A DNA stretch of 62,997 nt, the filler included, from Globobulimina sp. (Eukaryota), in assembly GCA_003354225.1 (NCBI GenBank). It is 12 parts of 12 records of this genome, joined end to end, with 100 filler letters (N's around TTAATTAATTAA, not from the genome) between each part and the next. Parts side by side here need not be neighbours in the genome. Positions count along the whole stretch, not along the records: positions 31,593 to 36,746 come from PIVH01000692.1; positions 36,847 to 41,999 come from PIVH01000693.1; positions 42,100 to 47,250 come from PIVH01000694.1; 9 more parts are not named here. One strand, 5' to 3'. A program made the position numbers and the translations under genes. How positions within the stretch are numbered: the stretch's first letter is position 1; every line of letters begins with the position of its first letter. Shown piece after piece: positions 32,958 to 45,330 of this stretch. Below the pieces are notes generated by a model that was not told where the DNA came from, made no database searches, and was given only the letters and a program-made list of their open reading frames with translations.

Positions 32958-34747
32958 ATGGCTCTGTCGCTCTCAGAAGCAAAAGTCGAAGAAAAATACG
33001 CCTGGAAAGCGGAAACATATAATGAAGCATCGCAGAAATTATTTGCAGCCGCCCAAGAAGATTTAGATGCTTTTACAATGGATGATTATCCAATTATTAA
33101 TGTGAAACATTCCATTTTACAGTTTCCAAACATAACATGTCCACAAATCATCATTACCTTCTATGCAGAATCACAAATTTACAATAAATATCCATTGCGA
33201 TTAGAAGTAACGTACCAATACAAATCATTATTGATGGTATCCAAAGATATGAATAAAATGGATTTCTCCAAACAACACAACAACGAAACTCGATTAAGAC
33301 CGCGTATAAAAGGCATAATATATCATTTTAATTTTAGTGATGAAGGCTTATTATCTTCTTATCCATCGATATGCGGATCGAATGTAATGAAATTTGACTC
33401 GTTAAAAAACGTTTTCTTATCAATACAGCACATTATCTCCAATCCTATCGTTCCGATGCTGGCAATGTATCCATTAAACAAAGTGGAGACTGCCTGGAAA
33501 GAGCACCAAGGCGATAGCTGTCGGTGTGACTTTTTTAATGCTATGCCATGTTCGTGGAATATTTATAAAAACGCAAACTACAAATTACGAGAACAATATA
33601 TCGGTGAAATAAGAGAGAATTTGAAGCAGCAACAGCTACAAAAATATTATTTGCAGCAAAACCAAATTAATAAAAGTGTGACCAGATACAAACCAATTTT
33701 GCCATATTTATTCAGTGCCGTATCGGTGTGGAATTATTCAAACATTTTACATCCTCATTTATTGAAAATATTGCATGACAAAGAAAATGGGAGAAGGATA
33801 TTTTTGGAACAATTCATAAAAACGGAAATCAAAGATCGAGCCTTTTCATTTCCTTTTTTTAATGATAAGTTTTGTGATGAATTGGTGGCGGAACTGAGGA
33901 ATTATGAGAATACCGCTGATCTTCCAAAGAAACGACCCAATTCGATGAATAATTACGGCGTTATTTTAAATGAGATTGGTTTGGAGCCGTTTATTACAGA
34001 TTTATTTGATAAGTATGTCACAAAAATGGCGCAATGGATATTTCCATCGAATGTGGCCAAAAATGATCCAGAATTAGACGATGAAGATCTAGATTTCACT
34101 TATCATGATACCTTAGATCATCACCATACGTTTACGGTTGCTCTCTATTTCTGTTTCTCTCTGTAATATTATGTATAATTTATATTTCTCTGTAGGTTCA
34201 GTACAAAATGGATGCGGATTTATTTTTGGATATGCACATTGATGACAGCGAGGTGACTTTCAATATAAATCTATGCGATGAATTTAGTGGCGCGGAGTTG
34301 GCCATTTGTGGCTTGGTGGGAGAGACAAAGAGAAGGAGCCATTTGTTATCCTACAAACACAGGAAAGGCAGATGTTTGATGCATAGCGGCAGACAGAGAC
34401 ACGGCGCGCGTGCTATTACGAGCGGGGAGAGACAGAATTTAGTAATTTGGGCTCGATCCAGTTGGGAAAGAATGATGCATCCACACGGCAGTGGGAAATG
34501 TGCGTGTTGTAAGTTTAAGGGAAAAGAGGAAAATGATCCGGACGCCATTTGTTTGTCAAAAACGCACGATAAGGATTACAATAAATGGCTTCATACATTT
34601 TCGAATCGCTCCATTTATGGCAATACAAATACTTTTACAATTGACAACGAAATGGATGGTGAAAATGCAGCAGAATCCAGAGTTGATGACATATTGTTGG
34701 AGGATAATGATGATGAAGGAAAACAAGCTGATAATCCTTTGTTATGA
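32958..34747 (+). CDS. 2OG-Fe(II) oxygenase (OGFOD2-like) with an N-terminal inactive UBC/UEV-like domain, 1 intron
   Basis: RPNSMNNYG, LDMHIDDSEVTFNINL and RHGARAITSGERQNLVIWARS. Intron 34137-34195. N-terminal IYHFNFSDEGLLS...VFLSIQHIISNP. Confidence 0.85.
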
Positions 34748-34852
34748 TAGTGCACTGATTTAATTGTTTATTATTTGTTATGTTTGGTTGATTGTTTGAT
34801 CTCATATATATCACAAAAAATACTTAAGACAAGGATCACATGCATTGCTTCA

Positions 34853-36416
34853 TCACTCTGCAGTTTCATATTTAGTTTCATCAAAAGTTATCACACCCTT
34901 TCTCGCCAACGACTCAATCCAAGCATCGTCATATCCCAATATTTGCGACAACACTTCAACAGTATGTTGGCCCAATGTAGGTGGCGCCAATTTTATTTTA
35001 TTTATTTGTGTATCTTTACTATATTCCACCGGCAACCTCATCAAAGGTATATTCCCCGCAGTTTTATGTTCAACATATTGCACAATGCCCTTCTCCTTTA
35101 AATGTTCATCCTCGAAAGCACGCTCTAACGAATTGACCGGTGCGTGCGGCAAACCACTCCGCGCAAAGATGCCGCACCATTCGTCCAATGTTTTTCTTTT
35201 AAATCTATCCTGCAAAATATCAATCAATTCTTCTCTGTTCCCAACTCTTTGCGCATTGCTACAAAACTGTTCATTCCGAGCTAACTCTTCGAAAACATCC
35301 TTCTGTTCACTGCCATCAATATCTGTTCCCGGAATTGTCATCAATTTGCACATTTTCGTGAAAGCAGCATCTGTACCAGCTCCAATCACAAAATATTCGT
35401 TGAAGTTCAGAGTTTCGAAAGCTTGATAGGGCACAATCTGCGGATGGGAGGTGCCCATCCTTTGCGGTTTTATCTCGCCGTTCGAGATCAAATAACTTTG
35501 TGCTATGTTTGCTAAACTGGTAATACAGGAATCAAACAAGTTTACATCTATTTTTTGCCCAACATTTTTTGCATCCATTTCCCGCGACCTCAAGGCTGCC
35601 AAAATAGCTCCGTGCTGACAGTGGTTTTGTGTAAGAATATATGCCATATGTCATACACTGACAATATAACAACTAAACTGCGTACAAACCCGTAATAATA
35701 TCGATCAAAGCAACCCCAGTTTTTGCAGGCGTGTCGCTGCCGGTAATGTCCATCAATCCGCCCATTGCCTGCACGATTACGTCGTAACCAGCACGGTGTG
35801 AATATGGCCCAGCGGAGGAAAATCCGGTAACGGAACAGTATATTAATTGTGGGTTGATTTTGTGATGAATGTATTCGAAGTTCATCTTGTATTTGGTCAA
35901 TGTGCCAGGCACAAAGTTTTCCACTAAAATATCGCTCTGCATTGCGAGTTCGTGCAATATTGTTTGTCCTTCGTCTGTGCTCATATCGATGGTGACTGAC
36001 TTTTTGTTCCTATTTGCGCACAGAAAGTACGCCGATTCGTGACCTTTGGATGTGAATGGTGGTCTGTATTATTTTAGAAACGTTATAGTTTTGGCGATAT
36101 GGAAACAGAAACACAAATGGATTATATATCTACAGTACCCCCATGAACGTGTCATGTCGCCATTATTTGGATGCTCAATCTTGATAACTTCAGCACCCAT
36201 ATCGCCCAATAATTGAGTGCCATATGGCCCGGCAAGTACACGCGTTAAATCCAAGACGCGTATTCCTTGCAATGGTAGAATTGGTTTGGATGGCTGAGCA
36301 TGTGATGAATCGGCGAGTCTTCGTTTCGAAGTTGTAATCGCAATTAATATTGATTTATTGGAGTACAGTTTGCGACTGAATCGAATGATTGCGCGTATTT
36401 GACGAACAGCTGCCAT
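34853..36416 (-). CDS. CaiB/BaiF family III CoA-transferase (SUGCT-like), mitochondrial, 2 introns
   Basis: [34 protein letters not shown], catalytic VALID, PTLGQHT. Introns 36138-36064 and 35678-35615. Arg-rich presequence. Confidence 0.93.
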
Positions 36417-36538
36417 TGTTTGATATGCACTAGTGTTTTTGCATAAATTATTAACATAAAAAAACTTGAAGGTACAGTCAGTCTTTACATTGCTTCGTTG
36501 CGTGTGAGTTTATTGAAACCAAAATAAAGCACTGCACA

Positions 36539-36699
36539 ATGTCGGGTGCTCCTGAATAGTTTTGTCATATTTATTGCAATTTCTTCAATAAATTGATGCC
36601 TGTTTGTTAATTGTTATGTTACACAGTGATTATTTATTGAAGGTAGTAATGGTCGGCGATTCTGGAGTCGGTAAAAGTTCCTTACTCAAACGATTTGCA
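36539..36699 (+). CDS. Rab1-like small GTPase, first two exons (not in the ORF track)
   Basis: Splicing 36559-36626 gives [31 protein letters not shown]. The next donor is at 36700. Confidence 0.88.
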
Positions 36700-36846
36700 G
36701 TTTAGTAGTGATATATACCTGTATCGATATAATTGTATATTACATANNNNNNNNNNNNNNNNNNNNNNNNNNNNNNNNNNNNNNNNNNNNTTAATTAATT
36801 AANNNNNNNNNNNNNNNNNNNNNNNNNNNNNNNNNNNNNNNNNNNN

Positions 36847-37706
36847 AAACATCAATTAATTTGTAAAATATGTAAAACAATGGTAAAGTCAACCACATTT
36901 TGGAAAACTCACGAAAGATCAACAAAACACAGACAGGTTATCTGTATCATTGATCCTCGCCTCGCACCATTAACCATTCAATTTATAATATACAATAAAA
37001 TAAACAGACATTAAATCACTTATTAAAATTGAAAGCAGAGAGAGATGAAAATGTGATTATTAATAATATTGAGAATGCACCAAAAGAAGCACAGAAAAAA
37101 GAGTTAGAAACGGAAAAAGAAAGAGAGAAAGAAGAAAATGAGGAGGAATTATTAGTTGATGTTAATGGTATTCCTTTAAATTTTTTTGATAAATCAATGC
37201 GACATAAAAAACCGAAGCACAAAAAGGAAATTGAAGTTGAAAGGAAATTGAATGAGGATCATAATCATTTTATTGTTATTGAATCAGATAAAAAGAAGAA
37301 AAGTAAGAACAGCAAAAAAATAAAATTAATAAATGAAAATGTTGATGATACAGATAGAGAATTATTGAAGTTAGAGAATGACATGAAAACTGAGCAAAAT
37401 AAGAAAGAAGATCAACTCTTGCAATTTGTGAAAGAAATGGACAAAAAAATACAAAATCAAGAAAACAAAGAAATCCAATTTAAAATTGATAAAATAAAAC
37501 GTTACCGGAATACATTTGAAAGTTATAAACAAAAAAGGAATTTCACTGAACTGACCAATGAGAAACCTCTTGTCGTAACAGACCTAACTCCGAATAAGAA
37601 AAAGAGGAAAATCACTCAAAAAATAAGTCATGATTCAGATTCGGACTCAGACTTTGAAGAACATGATATATTTGATTTGGGTGATTGGAGGACACAAAAA
37701 ATATAA
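36847..37706 (+). CDS. ZNF830: ZNF830/CCDC16-like spliceosomal zinc-finger protein; 5' truncated, 1 intron
   Basis: LICKICKTMVKSTTFWKTHERSTKH finger, IPLNFFD, and an acidic tail ending DWRTQKI. Intron 36937-37007. Confidence 0.75.
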
Positions 37707-37837
37707 TTTAACAATAAAAAAACATTTGATAATGTATTGATTGTCTCTAAGTCCTAAACTCCTAAACATTATTAAGTGTTATCTCATCAAAAAACAAACA
37801 ACAAAAAAACAAAATAGAAATCGCAAGCCAAGTTTTT

Positions 37838-40800
37838 TTAAAATTCCATGGTATTGTTCGGATTGTTACCAGCACCAAATGTTCTATTCTTATTTTTGTA
37901 TTTGCTGTAAATAGCAGTTCCTTTTGATTTTGGCGATGACACAGATGGAGAATTTTTGCCTTTACTGCTTTTTATCTTTGTTTTTTTATGTTTATTACTT
38001 TTCGGTGTTTTAACTTTGCGTTGTGTTTGTTTTTCCGTTTGCGTCTGTTCGATATCCAAATCTTTTAAATCAGCATTTTTCATAGATTCAAATGCTTTTT
38101 TTAAACGTGTTTCTCTGCGAACATGACCAGATTTATATTTTACTGCTTTTTTTTTATTTGAGTTGGAATTGGAATATGCCATTCTTGACATTGGTGTAAA
38201 ATTTAATTCCCATACATTTCCAAATTGACTGGCAGTTGGAACTGCTTTCCGTTTTTGAAACATTCCACCAGATGCCGCATAATCATATTTTTGATTCGAA
38301 TCTTGTCTTTTAACAACACCGCCTTTGCCACGATAACTATGTTCATTCTTTTTTTTCTTTTTCTTGTTCTTGTTCTTTTTCTTATTATCATTATCAACAC
38401 TATTCTTATTGTCATTGTCTTCATCATTATCACCATCATCATCATTATCATTGTGATTCTCATCGGGACTAAAATGAGTGTTAACATTTCTATTCTTGGC
38501 GTTGGCGTTGGCGTCGTGTTGATATGATTTCATATAATCCTTATAAGGGCTGTCTGCTTCGTTTTGTTTGTCTTCATCAACATCTTCTTCTTCGTCCGAT
38601 TGGTTTAAAACATCGGAAAACATTTGTTTCATTACGGTCTGTTTACGAACATGAGCTTTCATGCTTAGTTTTAACTTTTTTTTCAACGCTTGCTCTTTTT
38701 TAACTTTATCCGCATCTTTCAATATATTTTTATTTGCTAACTGTTGTCTTGTCGTCGTTCTTTGACTTAATTTCAATTGCAATTTTTTTTGTGCTTCAAG
38801 TTTTTTTTTAGCGCGTTTGGCATCTTTTTTTTTCTTCTCTGCTAACTTTGTATGTTTTATTTTCGCCTTATTCCAATCTTTGATAAAATCATCAAATATT
38901 TGTAAAAATTCATGCACCGCACCATCCTCTAACTTATAGGCATATGTAGAGGCCAACATCTTTGCTCTCGCAATCATTTCAGAAAACTCTTTTTGTAGTT
39001 CCATCAATATATTATTGGCAGTCTTCATCCAGGCGCTCATATTTGAGGCATACACATCTTTTTTCATTTTTTTCGTTTGTTTGTCGAACTCTTTTAATCG
39101 TTTGGGTAATTTTTTTAACTCCACTTCAATTTGTTTGATTTTCTTATCCAAAGAATCAATGTCAATGCGCACCGCAGCAGACACATTTTCTAACTGTTTG
39201 GCCACATTATAGGCAGAGGCAACGGAGTCATTTTCTATGTTTGTTAATGTGTATTTGAACACATACATTAAAAGTGTTGTTTGTCCGTCACAGCCTTTGG
39301 TGCCAGATATCATTCGTAATGTTTCCAAACTAAATCCGTACGCCGCACCGTTCCGTCGTCCTCCATTCATATAATTGCCAAAAGCTAATATTATTTTAAA
39401 TATTTCATATAAGCCTTCGCTGCCTTGTATGTCGGATAAGCCTTTATTTAATAAACTTATTTTATCCAATTGGTGTTGACAGATCTCAGCAAACTCTTTC
39501 TTAAAAATCCATAATTTAACCCTTTCTTGTAACGACCAAATGGAAGATAAATCATAAAAAAACCTCTCCACAATGCCATATTTAGCGATGCTTTTAGCAG
39601 AATGATTGTGCGAATGGGCAATGGCCTGCATTTGTTCTTCATCATTGGGTATCATATCGCTTACTTTTATCAATAAGTCTAAGTTCAATGTCTGCTCATT
39701 CATCTCAATAATATTGCTGCATAACTGCTGTCCGCTCAGTTTCAACCTTTTCAATAATAATTCGACGTTATACTGCCGCTTAGCGGACACAAATTTGATC
39801 TCTTCTTTCTTCTCTTTTTCTTTCTTTTCCTCTTTTTTGCCAAACAATTTGGCCAATTTATTTTCTTTCTTTGGAATTCGAAATAAAGCTTCAAATTCTG
39901 ATTTGTCAATGTTGTGTGTCACCTCTTTCTCGTCCATAGTTTTCCAAATTGAATTTCTTGCCGCTTTATAATCGACGGTTTGCCAATGGAATCGCTTCAT
40001 GTCTACACTGGGCGCAATCTTCTCTTTTGGAGGTATCGAGCTCTTTCTTTTATGAAATATTCCACCCAAACCTCGCTTTTTTTTCTTTGTTTTTTCTGGA
40101 TTCTCAAAAGCGTCAATGATGGCCGCATCAATCCCGTCCAATTTCATTTTATTCACAATGGCATGCGTCGGCATCCCCATTTTCTTCATTCTATTATATT
40201 TGGCCAAGGCGGGGATATTTAGGTTTATTGCATTCGCTTCATTTGGATCTTTATCCGCCTCATTGTCATTGTCATTGTCCGATTCATTCTCGTCTTCATT
40301 ATCGTCGTCTTGGTGATGTTCAAATTTGTGCATTAATGAAGATTCAATCCCATCCAATCTCATTTTATTAATGATTGCATGCATTGGCATTCCCATTTTC
40401 TTCATCCGCTCATATTTTGCTAATTGAGGGTCAGTGGCAGCGATGGTCTTTTTTGCCCCTTTCTTTTTTGAATCTGGATTCTCAAATTCAGAGATTTGTC
40501 GAGGACTCATGCCATCCAATCTCATTTTATTCACAATGGCATGGATCGGCATACCCATTTTCTTCATTCTATGGTATTTCGCCAACTCTTTGCTTGCTTT
40601 TGCTTTTTCTTTTTCTTTTTCTTCCTTTTTGTCATCACTCTCACTGTTTGGATTAAAATATGTGTCTTGCTCAGTGGTGGATATTCCATCCAATTTCATT
40701 TTATTTCGGATCACTTGTTGCGGCATTCCCATTTTTTTCATTCGATCATATTTTGCCATATCTGCTTTTGGTTTTGTTTGTGTTTGCGGCTTTAAATACT

Positions 40801-41947
40801 TTTCAATTTCATCCGGTTTAAAAGAATCCATTTTCATTTTATTGCGTAAGACGTCATCCGACAATCCCAATTTCCTCATTTTATCGTATTTGTCATATAG
40901 CTGTTCTTTTGCGTTTACTTTTGAGGCCAAAACCTGATCCGCACTCTGTGACAAATGTTTCGCTTTCCATTTTTCAATTTCTTTCATCTCAATGTTTGCT
41001 TTGGACATTTTATCTGCAATGGCTTCAATTGGCATTCCTAAATCCTTCATTTTATTATATTTCTCCAAAGGATTTACTTGAAATTCAATTATTTGAGCTT
41101 GAGTTTGAGTTTTATTTTGAGTTTTAGTTTGATTTTGATTTTTTAATTTATCATTTTCAGTTTGTAAACTTTTTAATTTTTCTTTAATTTGCGTCAATTG
41201 AAGTTTTAATTGTTTATTTTCTTCAATTAACTGCAAATCGTCTTGTTTCGAATTATGTATTATTTGGTCAACTCTGTCAATGGAATCTTTAATGTCTCTC
41301 TCAAAGGAGCCCATTGATTCGATGGTCGCAAATAGGTTCTCTGTGGAGACGGAGACGGAGCGACAATGGTTTGCATGCTCGAGCTCTTCCTTTTCATTTA
41401 TGACACTGACAGGCGGCGATTTCATTTGTTCCAAACCCAACTTGGCCTTCAAAACAGACATTTGCATTTTGGCCAAACTTAACTGGCGCCGTAATTTACG
41501 TTTTTTGCTTCTTTTTCTTTGTTGAGTTATATGAGCCTCATTCTTTACATCATCGACATCGACATCGACATCGATATCAGTTTTTGCATCAGAGATGGCG
41601 GTAAAAGCCGGTGGTGGAATAACATCTGATTTTTCATACATATGCATCTGTTTACTACTACGAGAATTTGCTCGTTCTTTTAACATTTTTGGTCGTTGTG
41701 GCCGTTGCGAATCTGCATTATTTTGTTGCTTATTTTGTTTTTTCGCAGTGCCTGCTATATAACCATATGGATTTTTAGATGATGCATTATTTGATGCTAT
41801 TGGTTGCTTTTTGAAGGATAATTTATTGAGTTGGACACCCCACGGATTGCTGCTTAGAGAGGAGTTAGAGACTTGGCGATCAATTACGTAATTCGAGTTG
41901 CTACCACGTCCTTCACTATATGAGAGATCGTTTTTTTTGTGGCTCAT
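37838..41947 (-). CDS. Formin (FH2) with six KYxxMxKxG-P repeats and no polyproline FH1
   Basis: FH2 motifs MKRFHW, SIW, FEALF, KRQYNVELLL and ILAFGNYMNGG...AYGF. N-terminal coiled coil. Confidence 0.92.
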   Translation of the reverse strand: MSHKKNDLSYSEGRGSNSNYVIDRQVSNSSLSSNPWGVQLNKLSFKKQPIASNNASSKNPYGYIAGTAKKQNKQQNNADSQRPQRPKMLKERANSRSSKQMHMYEKSDVIPPPAFTAISDAKTDIDVDVDVDDVKNEAHITQQRKRSKKRKLRRQLSLAKMQMSVLKAKLGLEQMKSPPVSVINEKEELEHANHCRSVSVSTENLFATIESMGSFERDIKDSIDRVDQIIHNSKQDDLQLIEENKQLKLQLTQIKEKLKSLQTENDKLKNQNQTKTQNKTQTQAQIIEFQVNPLEKYNKMKDLGMPIEAIADKMSKANIEMKEIEKWKAKHLSQSADQVLASKVNAKEQLYDKYDKMRKLGLSDDVLRNKMKMDSFKPDEIEKYLKPQTQTKPKADMAKYDRMKKMGMPQQVIRNKMKLDGISTTEQDTYFNPNSESDDKKEEKEKEKAKASKELAKYHRMKKMGMPIHAIVNKMRLDGMSPRQISEFENPDSKKKGAKKTIAATDPQLAKYERMKKMGMPMHAIINKMRLDGIESSLMHKFEHHQDDDNEDENESDNDNDNEADKDPNEANAINLNIPALAKYNRMKKMGMPTHAIVNKMKLDGIDAAIIDAFENPEKTKKKKRGLGGIFHKRKSSIPPKEKIAPSVDMKRFHWQTVDYKAARNSIWKTMDEKEVTHNIDKSEFEALFRIPKKENKLAKLFGKKEEKKEKEKKEEIKFVSAKRQYNVELLLKRLKLSGQQLCSNIIEMNEQTLNLDLLIKVSDMIPNDEEQMQAIAHSHNHSAKSIAKYGIVERFFYDLSSIWSLQERVKLWIFKKEFAEICQHQLDKISLLNKGLSDIQGSEGLYEIFKIILAFGNYMNGGRRNGAAYGFSLETLRMISGTKGCDGQTTLLMYVFKYTLTNIENDSVASAYNVAKQLENVSAAVRIDIDSLDKKIKQIEVELKKLPKRLKEFDKQTKKMKKDVYASNMSAWMKTANNILMELQKEFSEMIARAKMLASTYAYKLEDGAVHEFLQIFDDFIKDWNKAKIKHTKLAEKKKKDAKRAKKKLEAQKKLQLKLSQRTTTRQQLANKNILKDADKVKKEQALKKKLKLSMKAHVRKQTVMKQMFSDVLNQSDEEEDVDEDKQNEADSPYKDYMKSYQHDANANAKNRNVNTHFSPDENHNDNDDDGDNDEDNDNKNSVDNDNKKKNKNKKKKKKNEHSYRGKGGVVKRQDSNQKYDYAASGGMFQKRKAVPTASQFGNVWELNFTPMSRMAYSNSNSNKKKAVKYKSGHVRRETRLKKAFESMKNADLKDLDIEQTQTEKQTQRKVKTPKSNKHKKTKIKSSKGKNSPSVSSPKSKGTAIYSKYKNKNRTFGAGNNPNNTMEF

Positions 41948-42099
41948 GTTTCATTTAATAGTGTTTTCTTTTCAGAGTGAATAAGAATTATTAAAATCAN
42001 NNNNNNNNNNNNNNNNNNNNNNNNNNNNNNNNNNNNNNNNNNNTTAATTAATTAANNNNNNNNNNNNNNNNNNNNNNNNNNNNNNNNNNNNNNNNNNNN

Positions 42100-44742
42100 T
42101 ACGCGACTGTAATCAATTATTGTTCGTTGGCGACAAAACTTACAAACCCAATCATAGCGTTGTTGATTACGTTGATTTGCTATAAAATATGCTCGCAAAC
42201 ATCGACCACAACAACCTGCAAATTTACGTTGATTATACAACTTATTTATTGCCGCCTCATCAAAAATGGCTTTATCAGTGCCGCTTAAATTTGTTTCGCA
42301 GCCTTCGGCGCGAAGCCACCTGGGCATAAATAGCCGCATTGGCAATGGGAACTGGAATAGCACCGTAAACAAAAGATCAATCACTTTGACAAAGAAAAAT
42401 ACGATAATTACGAGCAGGAAGAAGGGCGGCGGCATCACAGCAATGCGGCCATCTAAACCATAGATACGCTGAACTTGTATAAATTGTACTTGCTGATTAT
42501 TTTGCTCATGAATGTCGTCGAAAGTTTTGGCCATCAGCGCAATGAGCAAATTTAGCAGAACTATGGCCCCGATCATCATCCAATAGATGAGCAGACAGTT
42601 GATGATGGCCAGTCGCACCGAGGAGGTCAAATTGTCAATGTCGACCACGGGCCATTCCCCTAAGAGCGCGCGCCATGTCGTGATCATTGTGACCCACCAA
42701 TTGGTGTATTGCGGCGTGTCGCCGGCGATGAACACCAACGCCAACACTGCGCCAATCCAGAAAATAAGCAAAATAAACAGAAAATTGCCAAAGTTTTTCA
42801 ACATATTTATTATCATATTGACAAAGGGCCCGATTTGTTTGCTCATTGTCAATATGTGCAATACGCGCAAGTATAAAAATGCCACGGCCAATATCCATAA
42901 CAGACTAAATACAATATTTAACGCAGTGTCTTGACAGCAATAGTCATATTTGCAGGACTCCATTATTATTACATTGGGATTAATACTGTTGGTGCCCAAA
43001 CAATTTGGCTCATACAAAGTGTTCTCATATTGAAAGGAATATTGCATACAGTTCTCGTACTCATCGTCGTCTTGGAAGGCGGCCCATGGAATGGCAATGT
43101 CATCCACCTGTTCTTTTAGCGACAGACATTGCGGATATTTGCCAGATACTAAGATGTAGCCCCGGATGGCCATCATAATTAAAAAATTGAAGCCAATGAC
43201 AAAATCAAATTTGTTGGTCCAATCCGAGATATACGCGGCAAAACCGCCCGGTGTAAACAGCATATCCCATAATTCGTACACAATATAGCCCCAATTTAAA
43301 ACCCAAAATAAAATCTCTAACTCGGATATTTGGATATAAATCGATAAGCGTTGATGCGTCACAAAGGTGAAGAGCATCAAATAAAATATAAATAAAAGGG
43401 TTTCAATCACAAATTGTCCGACTGGCGTAAAATAAAATGAATTCTTTTGGAATAAATCATACATTTCGTACAAATTAAGTGGCCGAATTTTGAAGGATTC
43501 GTCTTTATTCTCGATATGCAAGAAACGCCATGTTCGATACAATGTGGATGAGATTCGTTCGATTCTTTTATCCGACACAAAGCCAATTACTTTATATTCG
43601 ACAGCTAATTTAATGGCGGAGAGGCCATCGATATCTGACGGGTTCTCTAATAATACGGCGGCTAAGTGATCCGATTCAGTGTATTCTTTTAGTAAATGGA
43701 TGGCCAATTTGGCGTAGTCGTCGGCTAAACGCTTAAACTCGTCCTCGCGGGACAAGTCACGCTCGGCACACTCACTCATATAACCCGACAAACGAATGGC
43801 AGTACACATTGGATAAAGAGAGCCAAACACAATGGCTTGGCATAAGCGGTCAACTTCAATCGACTCAAAACGGGTCAATTCAAATTTAAAATGTTCCAAT
43901 AATCTGATACATACTTTTGTGGATAATTCGCGTAACACAAAACGTAAAATGGTCCATAGCGAGTCTTGAGTTTGCAATTGCAACTTATCCAAAACAATGG
44001 ACCACCAAATCACGCCATGTTCAGAGATGTCAAAGCCTTCGAACAGTTTATTTAGATCTATTTCTTCCTCTTTCTCTTTCTGTCCGTAGGTGGACAGCAA
44101 TTCAGTCGCCACCGCAAGGGGAACATCCAACTCTTCCTCCAATATGGTGGTTGTTGGTAAGCGCCCATCCCAATCTTCCACATATTCTTCAATCCAGGCA
44201 ATTCTTTCCCATTTCTTGGCATATGCTGCCAATCGACGACCAAATTCACGGATATCATCCACAGACAACACCTCATCCACAATGTCTTCGTATTCGTTGA
44301 TTTGCAATTTCTCAATTTCTCTCATTATTTTTTTAATATCCTGTTTAATTTTATCATAAGACATATAATCAATATTTGTAAAAAAAATCTGTGCTTCGCG
44401 TAAAATGACAGATTCTTTTATTTTTATTAATTCTTCGCCATTGTCCCAGCCGAGAGATGTAAATATTTCATAATAATGTTCTAAGCCCATATTTGCTAAC
44501 CAATATTTTATCGCTGAGCTCGACCAATCCTCGACTTCACCTTTTCCGACACTGAACTCTGTGTTAAATGAGGCGGTTCCACTTAATCCACTAAATGACG
44601 CATCCGCACTGTGCGATATTGAATCTTCACTTGTTGCTATTGTTGTGGTAGCTGGAGTTGGTAATGCGTTCTCATTATAACTGTCACTCTTAAAATCATT
44701 CACCGTTTGCATCTCGAGTGCAAAGCCTCCACCTCCTGACAT
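42100..44742 (-). CDS. TRP-family cation channel with an N-terminal SAM-like domain; 3' truncated
   Basis: Six TM segments, DWTNKFD, IGPFVNMIINM, and S6 LLNLLIALMAKTF. SAM-like WSSSAIKYWLANMGLEHYYEIF. Confidence 0.88.
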
Positions 44743-44876
44743 TGTTAGTTAGTTAGTTAAGCAAGTTAAGCTAGTTTGAAAAGTATTGAAAAGTCACACT
44801 AGTGCGCTTTAGTTTAGTTAATAGATTATTTATTATTACAAAAAAAAAAGTTATTTCATTTCATTTCATTCCAATA

Positions 44877-45284
44877 TTAAAATCGCAAAGTATCAGAACA
44901 TCCAGTTTGGTAAACAGCGTAGCCGGCCGCTCCAACCATACCAAGTGTCCATAATTCATGAGCTAAGCGGACCCAACTATGTTTTTATTTTGTTTGTGTT
45001 TAATACGCAATTTCGCATTAAGTATATATATAACATACAAAGATCGAGGATTTCTCTTTAATGAATCATCAATGTCATCCCATCCAAACATCCATTGATA
45101 ATATGCTCTTTTTTGTGTCTGTGTGCACAATAATGGCCTATAATATGTTATACACGGTTTTGATAACACTCTCTATATATTATATATTACGCATATTGTT
45201 ATATTATTATTATAATTATATATATTTGTTATAAACTGTTGAATATCCAATACGACGAATTACTCCTTTGTTTAAAGTATTCAT
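44877..45284 (-). CDS. Small 93-aa three-exon protein with a mitochondrial-type presequence and one TM helix (not recovered by the ORF track)
   Basis: Introns 45236-45173 and 45038-44977 give MNTLNKGVIRRIGYSTRVLSKPC...KRAYYQWMFGWDDIDDSLKRNPRSFWVRLAHELWTLGMVGAAGYAVYQTGCSDTLRF*. Confidence 0.75.
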
Positions 45285-45330
45285 GATTTAACAAAAATTG
45301 TTTTCCACTAAAAACCTTTTCGAGATTGAG

